A DNA stretch of 64,000 nucleotides. It comes from Eledone cirrhosa. Lineage: Eukaryota. Made by a program: the position numbers and the translations under genes. Every line of letters starts with the position of its first letter. Position 1 is the first letter of the stretch. The notes below the pieces were generated by a model. It ran no database searches. It was not told the DNA's origin and saw only the letters and a program-made list of their open reading frames with translations. The DNA lies in NCBI GenBank assembly GCA_964016885.1, contig OZ024757.1, forward strand, positions 32,798,001 through 32,862,000, read 5' to 3'. Shown here one piece after another: positions 1 to 12,118 of the stretch.

Positions 1-430
1 TGTAATGTGGCCGTGTAGGTAACACGGTAAAAACCTCCCAGACCCCACACTGTAAATGTGGTTGGTGTTAGGAAGGGCATCCAGCTGTAGAAAACCTGCC
101 AGACAGTCCACGCTGTAATGTGGCCGTGTAGGTAACACGGTAAAAACCTCCCAGACCCACACTGTAAATGTGGTTGGTGTTAGGAAGGGCATCCAACTGT
201 AGAAAACCTGCCAGACAGTCCACGCTGTAATGTGGCCGTGTAGGTAACACGGTAAAAACCTCCCAGACCCACACTGTAAATGTGGTTGGTGTTAGGAAGG
301 GCATCCAACTGTAGAAAACCTGCCAGACAGTCCTATGCGAGCAAGTCAACCAATCTTGCCTCAAGTGGGAAAAGCCCGTCCAAACCCATGCAAACGTGGA
401 AGATGGACGTTAAACGATGATGATGATGAT
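1..430 (+). mobile_element. SINE (tRNA-headed family A) 3' part with ~113-bp internal segment triplicated; ends in (GAT)n tail
   Basis: TGTAATGTGGCC unit restarts at 1, 114 and 226. Core TGGTGTTAGGAAGGGCATCCAGCTGTAGAAA and tail AACCCATGC..GTGGAAGATGGACGTTAAACGATGATGAT are shared with many copies in the window. Confidence 0.75.
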
Positions 431-857
431 ATATATATCATCATCATCATATATATACATATACATACATATATACATATATATAACATTGAAAAGAAGA
501 CCAAAATATATATATGTATGTATGTATGTATATATTATGTATGTATAATATATACATACATACAGACAGAAAAAACATAGAAAAGCAACAAAGTATAAAC
601 AAAACTAAGTTGGTGAAAGTAAACAAACAGTCTTGACCAGTACTGACCAATACTGCCATAGCTCCTGCTGCCAGAAAAAGCCACTGATATCAATTTTGGA
701 CAGCTTTAGCTTCTCCTACTCCATCTTCTCCCTTTCCACCTCCCCCTACAGTCTTCTTCCAGTCAACCTTTCCTCCCCTCCCCTCCCCCCTGCCCATTGT
801 GCTCTCTCCATGGCTTCCGCTATATAGTAATTCCGGTTGGAACATTAGATCAATGAG

Positions 858-1390
858 ATGGTGGTGGTGGTGGTGGTGGTGGTGTTGTTGGTGGTGGTTG
901 TAGCGATGGTGGTGTTGGTTGTGTTATTGTTGTTGGTGGTTTTAATGGTGTTGATGGTGGTGGTTGTAGTGATGATGGTGATGGGGGAGTTGGTAGTGTT
1001 GTTGGTGGTGGTGGTGGTGGTGGTTGGTGGTGGTGGTAATGGTAGTGTTATTGTTGTTGGTGGTGGTGGTTGTAGTGATGATGGTGATGGGGGAGTTGGT
1101 AGTGTTGTTGTTGGTGGTGGTTGTTAGTGATGGTGGTAATGGTAGTGTTATTGTTGTTGGTGGTGGTGGTTGTAGTGATGGTGGTTTTGGTAATGTTGTT
1201 GGTGGTGGTGGTGGTGTTGTTGGTAATGGTGGTGGTTGTGGTGTTCATAGTGTTGTTGTGGTTGGTGGTTGTGTTGGTAGTGGTAGTAGTGGTGGTGTTA
1301 GTGGTTGCAGTGGTGGTAGTGGTGGTGTTAGTGGTTGCAGTGGTGGTGTTGGTGGTGGTAGTAGTGGTTGCAGTGGTGGTGTTGGTGCTT
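858..1390. repeat. Degenerate (GGT/TGT/AGT)n trinucleotide tract
   Basis: Direct inspection; source of the poly-Val/Gly/Thr pseudo-ORFs. Confidence 0.9.
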
Positions 1391-1581
1391 CGTGTGTACA
1401 AATATATATATATACACATGCATGTGTAAGTGTGTGTGTGTAGGCATATGTGTGTGTGTATATGTGTAGGCATGTATACATGTATGTGCATGTATACACA
1501 GAAGACCCGACCCCCCACCCCCCCCCCCACCGGAACAAGCCGAAGCTGAAGCATATAGACAATATGTGCCCCCACACCCGC

Positions 1582-1853
1582 CCACTGCAAAGTGGTCATG
1601 GAGGTGCCACGGCAAAAAAAGCACCCAGCCCACACTGTAAAGTGGACGTGTAGGCGCCACGGAAAAAAAGCACCCAGCACTCACTGTAAATGAGGTTGGT
1701 GTTAGGAAGGGCATCCAGCTGTAGAAATCAAGTCAGAATCAGTTCCTGTATGAGCAAGACAAGGTCAGCCGACAGGACACTGCCCACAACAGGACAACCC
1801 GTTTAACCCATGCTAGCGTGGAAGAACGGACGTAAAACGATGATGATAATGAT
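1582..1853 (+). mobile_element. SINE family A, 5'-truncated
   Basis: Same core and (GAT)n tail; near-identical to 44580-44893. Confidence 0.75.
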
Positions 1854-2600
1854 GTATATGTGTGTGTATATATGTGTGTATGTGTCAACAACCCACTATT
1901 AGTTCCCAGGAACACCTAGATTTGAAGGTTATGTTTTATGTGAGTTACACAATAAGTGTGGCTAATAGTTTGTTTGACTGTTTCATTAATTCAAGTCAAT
2001 AGACAGTGAACAGTAACATTTCACCTCACTGTAGCACTCAACCTGGTAGAAATGGCAGTCAGATGTCCCTCGAATCACACTCTACTGCCTTAAAAAGGGA
2101 AGAAACATCTTAGTTATTCCACTCCTAGATACACTGTTATCATCATCATCATCGTCATTGTCGTCTGAAATCTATTTTCCATGGTAGCATGAGTTAGATT
2201 GGGTGGTCACATTCTGAGCCTAAACTCGTCAGATGACCATGTCTTGCTCATATGTTCTATTTTGGGGCTTTCTATGGCTGGATGCTCTTCCTAATGCCAA
2301 CTAATTTAAAGCTTGTACAGGGGGCATGGTCTCTACAGCTGGATAGCCTTCCTAAATCCAACCACTTTATAGTGTGTGCTGGGAGCATGGTTTCTACAAT
2401 ATATATATATATTTATATATATATATAAAGCCTGCTTTGTGTCTCCATATATATATATATATGTTTGTATGTATGTAAAGGGTAAACAGAAATAACAAAA
2501 ATAACAAAACAAATGGCTCAGTACATGGAAGAAATATAAGTTTAATGCTTGAAATAGCAGGTAGAGAGTCCTCAATCTGATATATATATATATATATATA

Positions 2601-2794
2601 TAGGAACGAGTAGGACCCCGACGGCTGAGCTCAAGCTGTTTCGACGGCTAATTCTGGACGGCTAATTAGCCATCGAAACGGCTTGAGCTCAGCCGTCAGG
2701 GTCCTACTCGTTCCTATTACCCACTCTACTACCCTGAGTATTGAGTACTTTGGTGCGTTATGGTCCATCTGGTTCCTTACCACATTTCCTTTGT
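2601..2794 (+). mobile_element. Fold-back (hairpin + tail) insertion in (TA)n with partial hammerhead; probable Penelope pLTR derivative
   Basis: Inverted repeat 2601-2716. Contains stem II hairpin + GAAA-CGGCTTGAGCTCAGCCG-TC. The tail ACCCACTCTACTACCC..GAGTACT recurs at 16713-16830, 21244-21360 and 44963-45110. Confidence 0.6.
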
Positions 2795-2837
2795 TATATA
2801 TATATATATAATGGCTGAAACAGGTAAAAGAATATAT

Positions 2838-3000
2838 AGTAATAATTGTTTCTACTTTAGGCACAAGGCCAGCAATTACCCAGTGCATTACTGGTACTTT
2901 ATTTTATCGACCTCGTAAGGATGAAAGGCAAAGTCAACCTCGGCGGGATTTGAACTCAGATCATAAAGGGACGTAACTATGCTGGAAAGCATGGCGTCCG
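2838..3000 (-). mobile_element. SINE family B
   Basis: Reverse complement of GAGTTCAAATCCCGCCGAGGTT..TTTGCCTTTCATCC..GGTCGATAAAATAAAGTACCAG (B-box-like start), as at 32893-33085. Confidence 0.75.
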
Positions 3001-3281
3001 ACAAGAATATATAGTAATAATAATAAATGTGAAGACTTGTACCTTGTGTCCTTCCAAGTCCCAAGATTTTATGGAAATTTGGCTGCTATTTCTAGCAATT
3101 TAAGTGACCTTATAGAGGCTCCGTCATACTGGTTGGTGTTTTTGCTTTTGTTCTCTAAATAGCTCAACTAAAGGGATAATCCATTCATTTAAATAAATTA
3201 ATGTTTCTTAACATTTTGTTTTCACTAATCTTCATTATGAAGCTTGCTGAATAATGTCCATTAATTTTTGGATGTATCTCC

Positions 3282-4240
3282 TCACCACCATTGCCATCAC
3301 CATCACTGCCACCACCACCACCACCACCATCACCACCAACATTGCCACTACCATCACCCTCATCACCATCACCAGTGCCACCACCATTACCATCACCACC
3401 AACACTGCCAACACCATCACTATCACCAATACCACCACCATCACCACCACAACTATCATCACCATCACCACCATCACTGCCATCATCACTACCACCATCT
3501 GTATCCTCTTTACCATCACTACCGTTGCTACCATCAACCGTGTCTTACCCGTCATTACCATTATCACGACCATCGACATTGCCATTACCACCACCACCAT
3601 TACCATCACCACCTTCATCTATATCCTCTTCACCATTGCCATCATTACCGTCACTACCATCAGCTGTGTCTTCACAACCATCACCATTACCACCAATACC
3701 ATCACCAATACCATCACCATCATCACCAATAGCATCACCATCATCATCACCATCATCACCAATACCATCACCATTATCACTAACACAATTATTACCACCA
3801 CTACCATCACCACCACTACCATCACCATTATCACCAATACCATCACCATTATCACTAACACAATTATTACGACCACTACCATCACCATCATCACCACTAC
3901 CATCACCATCATCACCACTACCATCATCATCATCACCACTACCATCACCATCATCACCAATACCATCACCATTATCACTAACAATTATTACCACCACTAC
4001 CATTACCACCACTACCATCACCACCATCACCATTATCACCAATACCATCACCATTATCACCAATACCATCACCATTATCACCAATACCATCACCATTATC
4101 ACCAATACCATCACCATAATTACCAATACCATCACCATAATTATTACTACCATCACCACCCTCACCATTACCACCACCACCACCATCATCACCACCACTC
4201 TCACCATCATCACCACCACCACCACCACCACCATCACCTT
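3282..4240. repeat. (CAC/CAT/TAC)n trinucleotide tract
   Basis: Direct inspection. Confidence 0.9.
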
Positions 4241-4485
4241 TCTATCTACAACTGTGTAGAAATCTGTTATAATTCCATTCAAATTGGAAACATTAAAGGA
4301 ATTATCTTAACTTGTTCTGCTCTCTCCATATTCCTTATGTTTCTAAAGAATCCATCTCTTCTCTTTCTCTCCCCCATCTTTATATATATATGTGTGTATG
4401 TATGTATATATGTGTATGAGAATTGAACTCACAACCTCTCGATTGTAAGGCCAATGCTCTAACCACTAAGCCATGTGCCTCCGTT

Positions 4486-4571
<86 letters not shown>

Positions 4572-4575
<4 letters not shown>

Positions 4576-5881
4576 GTGTGGACGATATTTGTTCGCAATT
4601 TTCAACTGCTAATTTTATGCAAATTTTTTTTACTTCCGTTGTCACTCTTGTCTTCATAAAAACTGACTATATTTCCATTATTTATTTTCAGAATAATTGA
4701 TTATGAATAATTTTGAACCTCCAAATTTGTGGAAGAGACACGGAGTTCTTCTTGGAATCCGCGCCGGGAGGACAAATAAGGAAATTTCAGACTTTCTCAG
4801 CCTTAGCAGGAGAATGGTGGAAAAGGTCAAAAAGGAATTGGAAGATTCAGGATTCGACAACGAAGCAACATCAGAGAGGAAAACACATGATCGACGATCT
4901 GACGCCTACAGAACGCCCGAGTTCGTCGCTGAAGTTCAGGATATCATCAACAATGAACCTAGCAAGTCGATGCGTGCCATTGCAAGGGAGAAAGGCGTGG
5001 ATGAAAAGCTCATTAGGCTGGTGGTACATGAAGACATTCGCTAGGTTTCATATAAAATGAGGAAAGGACAATTTCTGTCAAAAGCGACAAGTCGAAACAC
5101 CGACTGGAGCCAGACATGCTGTGGTTTTTCTCCGACAAGAAAAACTTCTGCCAAGACCAGAAGATCAACTCCCAGAACAACAGGTGGCTTGCTGTCTCAT
5201 CCAAAGACGTGCCCAGAGTCATGCAGACAAAGTTTCCAGCGACAACATTGGTCTTAGGTGTCGTCAGCAGTCAAGGTGACGTCATGCCACCTCACTTCTT
5301 CCCTGAGGGCTTCAAGCTGAACACCAATGGCTACATCCGCGTTCTGAGCAAGGTAGTAAAGCCCTGGAACGACCAGGTAGCTGCAAGTAGGCCGTACGTG
5401 TGGCAGCAAGTTTCAGCGCCCTGCCATACCAGCCGAAAGACCCAAGCCTGGCTGTCAGAACTTCGTCGACCACACTTCACCTGACATCTAGCCTCCCAGC
5501 TCGCCTGACTGCAACCCCCTCGACTTCTTTGTGTGGGGCGCAGTGGAATGAGACACCAACAGATCTAGCTGCAATATAAAAGACGATCTGAAGGCCAGGA
5601 TCACAAGTGCCTTTAGGGGCCTAAGTCGAGGGACAGTGGCGAAGGCCTGTAGCCGGTTCTGAGGCCACCTTGAGGCCATCATCAAAGCCAATGGCGGGTT
5701 TATCGAGTGAAATCGAAAGAACAAGTCATAAAGACAAACTGACCCAAGTTTGATAAATATATCTTAAAAAATAAAACTACTGTGTTATTTTTTCCTAGAC
5801 AGTAATCTTGCAAACAAATAAAACTACTGTGTTATTTTTTCCTAGACAATAATCTTGCAAACAAATATCATCCGCACCCTA
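4572..5881 (+). mobile_element. Defective IS630/Tc1/mariner DNA transposon, probably DD37D (maT) type
   Basis: TIRs CAGGGTGTGGACGATATTTGTTCGCAA (4572) and TTGCAAACAAATATCATCCGCACCCT (ending 5880). Broken transposase with N-terminal HTH region, WFFSDKKNF, VWQQVSAPCHTS and PPSSPDCNPLDFFVWG motifs; stops and frameshifts present. Confidence 0.85.
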
Positions 5882-5887
5882 TATATA

Positions 5888-6220
5888 TCATCATCATCAT
5901 TTTACGTCTGCTTTTCCCTGCTTGCAAGGGTGGGACGGGAACTGATTCTGGCTTGATTTGTACAGCTGGATGCCCTTACTAACACCAACCTCATTTACAG
6001 TGAGTGCTGGGTGCTTTTTTGCCGTGGCACCTCCACGACCACTTTGCAGTGGAATGATAGGGACCCCAGTCCCTATCATCTCATTTCTACAGCTGAGGAA
6101 ACTGGAGCAATGTGAAATAAAGTGTCTTGCTCAAGGAAACAACACATCACCCGGTTTGAGAATTGAACTCGCAACCTTTCGATTGCAAGCCCAATGCTCT
6201 AACCACTAAGCTATGTGCCT
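5888..6220 (-). mobile_element. Full-length tRNA-derived SINE family A
   Basis: Minus-strand head GGCACATAGCTTAGTGGTTAGAGCATTGG..GAGTTCAATTCTC (A and B boxes), shared core, (GAT)n tail. Confidence 0.85.
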
Positions 6221-6989
6221 ATATATATACACACACACACACATATATACATACATACACAAATTTAAATTTTAAAAGACAAACAATGGAGAACATTAGA
6301 TCACCAAGATGACAAAAGAATCTTATCTTAGCATTGTTTGGCTTTCAAAATTTAAATTTGTGTTTTCTATTCAACAATGCTTCAAACAAGCTACAAAATT
6401 CTGATTATATATATATATATTGTCAAAACTTCTGCATGAAAAAATGGAGACACAAACAATTTTGATAGGAAAATAAAACCATGACATCATCTTCACTCAT
6501 CAGCTGTCAAACTGGAATGGATCCAGTATGATTTTTGACTCTGCTAAATCATAACAGGATGTTCAAAGTTAGTTTGTCTTGACTAATTCATTAAATCTGG
6601 TTTTTTTTTGTTTTGTAACGAAGAACTTCATATATAAACAGCTTCTTTGTGTTGTCTATATATCTTGCTGTGGTCAGGGTTGGAAGGAATTTATCATCAC
6701 CATCATCATCATCATAATAATAATCATCATCATCATCTTTACATCCATTTTCCCACGCTTGCATAGGTTGGACGGGTCCTCTTCAGCACAGCATCCCTCC
6801 AGTTGCCACATTCCTTCATTATCTCCTCTGTGAGTGTCAGCAATTTGAGATAATCTCTTACCACCTTAACCCAAGTCTTCCTGAGTCCACCTCTACTGTG
6901 GCTTCCGTCCTCTGGGATTTCCTGGCTCTTCTTCTTCTTCTTCTTTCTTCTCCTCCTCCTCCTCCGCCCCCTCATCCTCCCATTTATTT

Positions 6990-9522
6990 CTGACAGGAGC
7001 AGAGTCCTCAAACACTCCTTCCCGCAGGTCCTGTCAGAAACAATCATCTCCAACTGATGTGGCTGGATCCCCAAGTGAGACCAGCCAAGCTCATGGATGT
7101 TACCCAACCATCTTGCTCGGCATCTACCCCTGGGTCTCCTTCCTGTTGGTTTCGCCCATAAAATCTGTCCAGCGACTCTTTCCTGAGACATTCTAACCAC
7201 ATGGCCACAGTATCGGACCTGTGATCTCTGTCCAGTGACTCTTTCCTGAGACATTCTAACCACATGGCCACAGTATCGGACCTGTGATCTCTGTCCAGCG
7301 ACTCTTTCCTGAGACATTCTAACCACATGGCCACAGTATCGGACCTGTGATCCCTGTCCAGCGACTCTTTCCTGAGACATTCTAACCACATGGCCACAGT
7401 ATCGGACCTGTGATCTCTGTCCAGTGACTCTTTCCTGAGACATTCTAACCACATGGCCACAGTACCGGACCTGTGATCTCTGTCCAGTGACTCTTTCCTG
7501 AGACATTCTAACCACATGGCCACAGTATCGGACCTGTGATCTCTGTCCAGCGACTCTTTCCTGAGACATTCTAACCACATGGCCACAGTATCGGACCTGT
7601 GATCCCTGTCCAGCGACTCTTTCCTGAGACATTCTAACCACATGGCCACAGTATCGGACCTGTGATCTCTGTCCAGTGACTCTTTCCTGAGACATTCTAA
7701 CCACATGGCCACAGTATCGGACCTGTGATCCCTGTCCAGCGACTCTTTCCTGAGACATTCTAACCACATGGCCACAGTATCGGACCTGTGATCTCTGTCC
7801 AGTGACTCTTTCCTGAGACATTCTAACCACATGGCCACAGTACCGGACCTGTGATCTCTGTCCAGTGACTCTTTCCTGAGACATTCTAACCACATGGCCA
7901 CAGTATCGGACCTGTGATCTCTGTCCAGCGACTCTTTCCTGAGACATTCTAACCACATGGCCACAGTATCGGACCTGTGATCCCTGTCCAGCGACTCTTT
8001 CCTGAGACATTCTAACCACATGGCCACAGTATCGGACCTGTGATCTCTGTCCAGTGACTCTTTCCTGAGACATTCTAACCACATGGCCACAGTATCGGAC
8101 CTGTGATCCCTGTCCAGCGACTCTTTCCTGAGACATTCTAACCACATGGCCACAGTATCGGACCTGTGATCTCTGTCCAGTGACTCTTTCCTGAGACATT
8201 CTAACCACATGGCCACAGTATCGGACCTGTGATCTCTGTCCAGCGACTCTTTCCTGAGACATTCTAACCACATGGCCACAGTATCGGACCTGTGATCCCT
8301 GTCCAGCGACTCTTTCCTGAGACATTCTAACCACATGGCCACAGTATCGGACCTGTGATCTCTGTCCAGTGACTCTTTCCTGAGACATTCTAACCACATG
8401 GCCACAGTATCGGACCTGTGATCTCTGTCCAGCGACTCTTTCCTGAGACATTCTAACCACATGGCCACAGTATCGGACCTGTGATCCCTGTCCAGCGACT
8501 CTTTCCTGAGACATTCTAACCACATGGCCACAGTATCGGACCTGTGATCTCTGTCCAGTGACTCTTTCCTGAGACATTCTAACCACATGGCCACAGTATC
8601 GGACCTGTGATCTCTGTCCAGTGACTCTTTCCTGAGACATTCTAACCACATGGCCACAGTATCGGACCTGTGATCTCTGTCCAGTGACTCTTTCCTGAGA
8701 CATTCTAACCACATGGCCACAATATCGGACCTGTGATCTCTGTCCAGCGACTCTTTCCTGAGACATTCTAACCACATGGCCACAGTATCGGACCTGTGAT
8801 CTCTGTCCAGTGACTCTTTCCTGAGACATTCTAACCACATGGCCACAGTATCGGACCTGTGATCCCTGTCCAGCGACTCTTTCCTGAGACATTCTAACCA
8901 CATGGCCACAGTATCGGACCTGTGATCTCTGTCCAGCAACTCTTTCCTGAGACATTCTAACCACATGGCCACAGTATCGGACCTGTGATCTCTGTCCAGC
9001 GACTCTTTCCTGAGACATTCTAACCACATGGCCACAGTATCGGACCTGTGATCTCTGTCCAGCGACTCTTTCCTGAGACATTCTAACCACATGGCCACAG
9101 TATCGGACCTGTGATCTCTGTCCAGCGACTCTTTCCTGAGACATTCTAACCACATGGCCACAGTATCGGACCTGTGATCTCTGTCCAGCAACTCTTTCCT
9201 GAGACATTCTAACCACATGGCCACAATATCGGACCTGTGATCCCTGTCCAGCGACTCTTTCCTGAGACATTCTAACCACATGGCCATAGTATCGGACCTG
9301 TGATCTCTGTCCAGCGACTCTTTCCTGAGACATTCTAACCACATGGCCACAGTATCGGACCTGTGATCTCTGTCCAGTGACTCTTTCCTGAGACATTCTA
9401 ACCACATGGCCATAGTATCGGACCTGTGATCTCTGTCCAGCGACTCTTTCCTGAGACATTCTAACCACATGGCCACAGTATCGGACCTGTGATCTCTCAA
9501 TTTAGAGAAGTAGCAGCTCTAC
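6990..9522 (-). mobile_element. RTE-clade (Rex3/Expander-like) LINE 3' fragment containing an expanded array
   Basis: Minus translation VELLLL*IERSQVRYCGHVVRM...ILWAKPTGRRPRGRCRARW..LGWSHLGIQPHQLE resembles the RTE ORF C-terminus. Confidence 0.75.
7165..9497. repeat. 63-bp minisatellite, ~37 near-identical copies
   Basis: Unit CTGTCCAGYGACTCTTTCCTGAGACATTCTAACCACATGGCCACAGTATCGGACCTGTGATCY. Confidence 0.97.
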
Positions 9523-9870
9523 CTATTAAAGACTAATTAAACACTACCAAGGTAACATTCAAACAACTTTGTTAACATTAGTTTTATCATTTAATGTCCT
9601 GTTTGCATTGTTGTAACTCTCTGAAAAACACACTATTTTCTTCACTTTCCATGATGCTTCAAGCAAACTACAACACTTACATGTATGTATGTATGTATGT
9701 ATGTATGTAATGTATGTATGTATGTAATGTATGTATGTAATGTATGTATGTAATGTATGTATGTATGTAATGTATGTAATGTATGTAATGTATGTATGTA
9801 TGTAATGTATGTATGTAATGTATGTATGTAATGTATGTATGTATGTAATGTATGTAATGTATGTATGTAT

Positions 9871-10780
9871 GTCGGGTCACTCTTGAGTGCTACTGGTAAC
9901 ATGTAACCCAGTACAAGCTGTCGCATGGTCGGTTCGTCGGCGACTAAACTGGCAACCCCACCAAGTTTACTTGATGAGGAAGGTGATTTTGGACACCCTG
10001 CAGGACAAAAATCAAAACCAGACAAAGGGCAGAAGAACTCATAAGAGTCAACGGCCATCCAAAAGTGTGTAAATATGTATATACACATGTACATATGTAT
10101 GTATATGTGTATATGCATGTGTATGTATATGCGCGGGGACATAGAAATAGTCGGGCTGGACACCCGCTCACGTGGTTAAACCACTGGGAGTGAACGACCC
10201 CTAGCCTTTGTCAGGGCATTCTTCTAGGAGAAGGCAACTCAGGAAACTGGGATAACTCCCATATAAAACCTGAGGCTCAGTAGTTACCGATGATGTTGAT
10301 CTTTTCTTCTTTTTGTCGCTCAGTGAGTGGGATTGGCTCAGTGCACAGTCTTTCCTCACTTTAAAAAATATCTTCATGCACAGGCATTGCACGATAGAAT
10401 TAATTAATAATTATTAATTAGGTATGTATGTATGTATGTTTTGTTGTGTTTTTGTGGAGCAAGAGACTCTTAGTCTTCATTAAGCCATCTCTCGAGGAGA
10501 AAGTCACACCTGCAACTTCATTTGCATCCAATGATGTTGACCAGTTCTTCTATTTGGGCAAATGCATTCGATGTTCAGAGAGTGTGATTGGCCTTGTGCC
10601 AAGCCTTTCCTTACTTAAAAAAGCTTCAAGTACAGGCATCGCTTGATATGTGACATTTTTTTGCAATGCATTGCATTGCTGGCCATAGGCAAGCCCCTTA
10701 CAGGACTAAAGAGCCATGTCTGTGATGCTCATACTTAAGTATCAAGCGCTGGCATTACTCGAAATCGAGTTGCAGCCATC
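9871..10780 (+). mobile_element. Degenerate copies of a dispersed LINE-derived element (same family as 11078-11684)
   Basis: Shares GCTACTGGTAACATGTA..GGCGACTAAACTGGCAACCCCACCAAG and the 3' end TACTCGAAA.CGAGTTG.CAGCCA.CAT. Confidence 0.6.
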
Positions 10781-11077
10781 ATATACATAAGTATGTATGT
10801 ATGTATGTGTGTGTGTGTGTGTGTATATATATAGATATATATATATATATTGTTATACGTGTGTATGTATGTGTGTGTGTATATATATATATATTTATTA
10901 AAATAACAGATAAATATTTGCTCTACGGTTCTTATATATTTGATATATATTTATCCTTATCGAGCCCTCTTTGGATTTTAGTCTTCAAATTTATTATTAT
11001 TACTATATATATATATATGTGTGTGTGTGTATGTAAGTATTATGTATGTGTGTATGTATATATGTATGTTTATATGT

Positions 11078-11684
11078 CAGGTCACCAGTTGGTGCTACTG
11101 GTAACATGTATCCCAGTACAACCTGTCTCATGGTCGGGTCGTTGGCGACTAAACTGGCAACCCCACCAAGGTTTCTTGGTGAGGAGGGTGACTTTGGACA
11201 TCCTGCAGGACTAAAAACAAAACCTGTCAAAGGGCAAAGGAGCTCTTAAGAGTCAGTGGCCATCCAAAATCACCGGGAGAGATGACCCCTTAGCCTTTGT
11301 CAAGGCAGAATTCTAGGAGAAGGAAAACTCTGATATAACACCTGCAACTCTGATGGTATCCAATGATGTTGACTTGTTCTTCTTTTTGGTAAATATCATC
11401 TTGGTTAAGAGAGTGGGACTGGCTTTGTGCAGTGCCTTTGTTCACTATAAAAGCTTCACGGCACAGGCATTGCTTTATATCTGGAGATCTCTCTGCATTT
11501 GTCATCACATGGTACCATGGGCCCAGCGCTGTGTGTCAATAATTGTCACAAGTGTAGTGTTTGTACCAGAGTTTTCAAGTCGCTGGCTGGACTAAAAAGT
11601 CACACTCGTTCAGCGCATCGGTAGGAGTTCTCCTACATAGATATAAAGTAGTGGCCATACTCGAAAACGAGTTGGCAGCCACCA
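11078..11684 (+). mobile_element. Non-autonomous LINE derivative ending in a C2H2 zinc-finger coding tail
   Basis: 3' part encodes CHKCSVCTRVFKSLAGLKSHTRSAHR*; near-identical inverted copy at 50128-50525. Confidence 0.65.
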
Positions 11685-11727
11685 TATATGTATGTATGTA
11701 AAATCTAGTAATCAATGGTGAACTTAC

Positions 11728-11815
11728 CTGTTCCCCCTTCTCCCTCCCTACAGGTGTGTACTAAAGCCAAGCCAATAATTCCGATACAGAATAATGACCA
11801 GTGGCTACTTGTCAT
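11728..11815 (-). CDS. Putative first coding exon (signal peptide) of an unidentified secreted or membrane protein
   Basis: Minus strand ATG at 11815 reads MTSSHWSLFCIGIIGLALVHTCREGEGGT, then a consensus donor CAG|GTAAGT (phase 1). Lies in a non-repetitive island. Confidence 0.45.
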
Positions 11816-12003
11816 TGCTGACTACATTCCTGTAGGGATTGCCATGTGACTGGTCAAGCTGGACATAGTGTGTATATATGTGGTTGTATATGTTTGTGGA
11901 CTTCCAAGATCACTAAATCAGAACATTACACACACATGCATACATATAAATATGCATACACATATGCATACACACATATGTATACATACATATATATACA
12001 CAT

Positions 12004-12034
<31 letters not shown>

Positions 12035-12118
12035 GTGAAAACTTGGACGGGAACAAAAACAGAAAGGCAGTACAAATAAATGTTTATTAGGTTCACACTC
12101 TTGAGAGGGGGGGGGGGG

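Noticed and set aside
858-4426. Poly-Val/Thr/His/Pro ORFs (also 23053-24208, 45545-46260, 50714-52463)
   Set aside because: Translations of microsatellites.
7165-9497. CRISPR-like array or real 909/818-aa repeat protein gene
   Set aside because: No unique spacers and no cas genes; head-to-tail units. The ORFs follow from a stop-free unit length divisible by three inside a LINE remnant.
11078-11230. HDV-like ribozyme at the 5' end of the LINE derivative
   Set aside because: Hairpin+CTAA motifs are present, but I could not assemble the nested double pseudoknot (no suitable L3/P1.1).
11754-11848. Plus-strand terminal exon after CCCTACAG
   Set aside because: The acceptor-like tract is the complement of the purine-rich minus-strand exon end; the minus reading has ATG, a signal-like peptide and a consensus donor.
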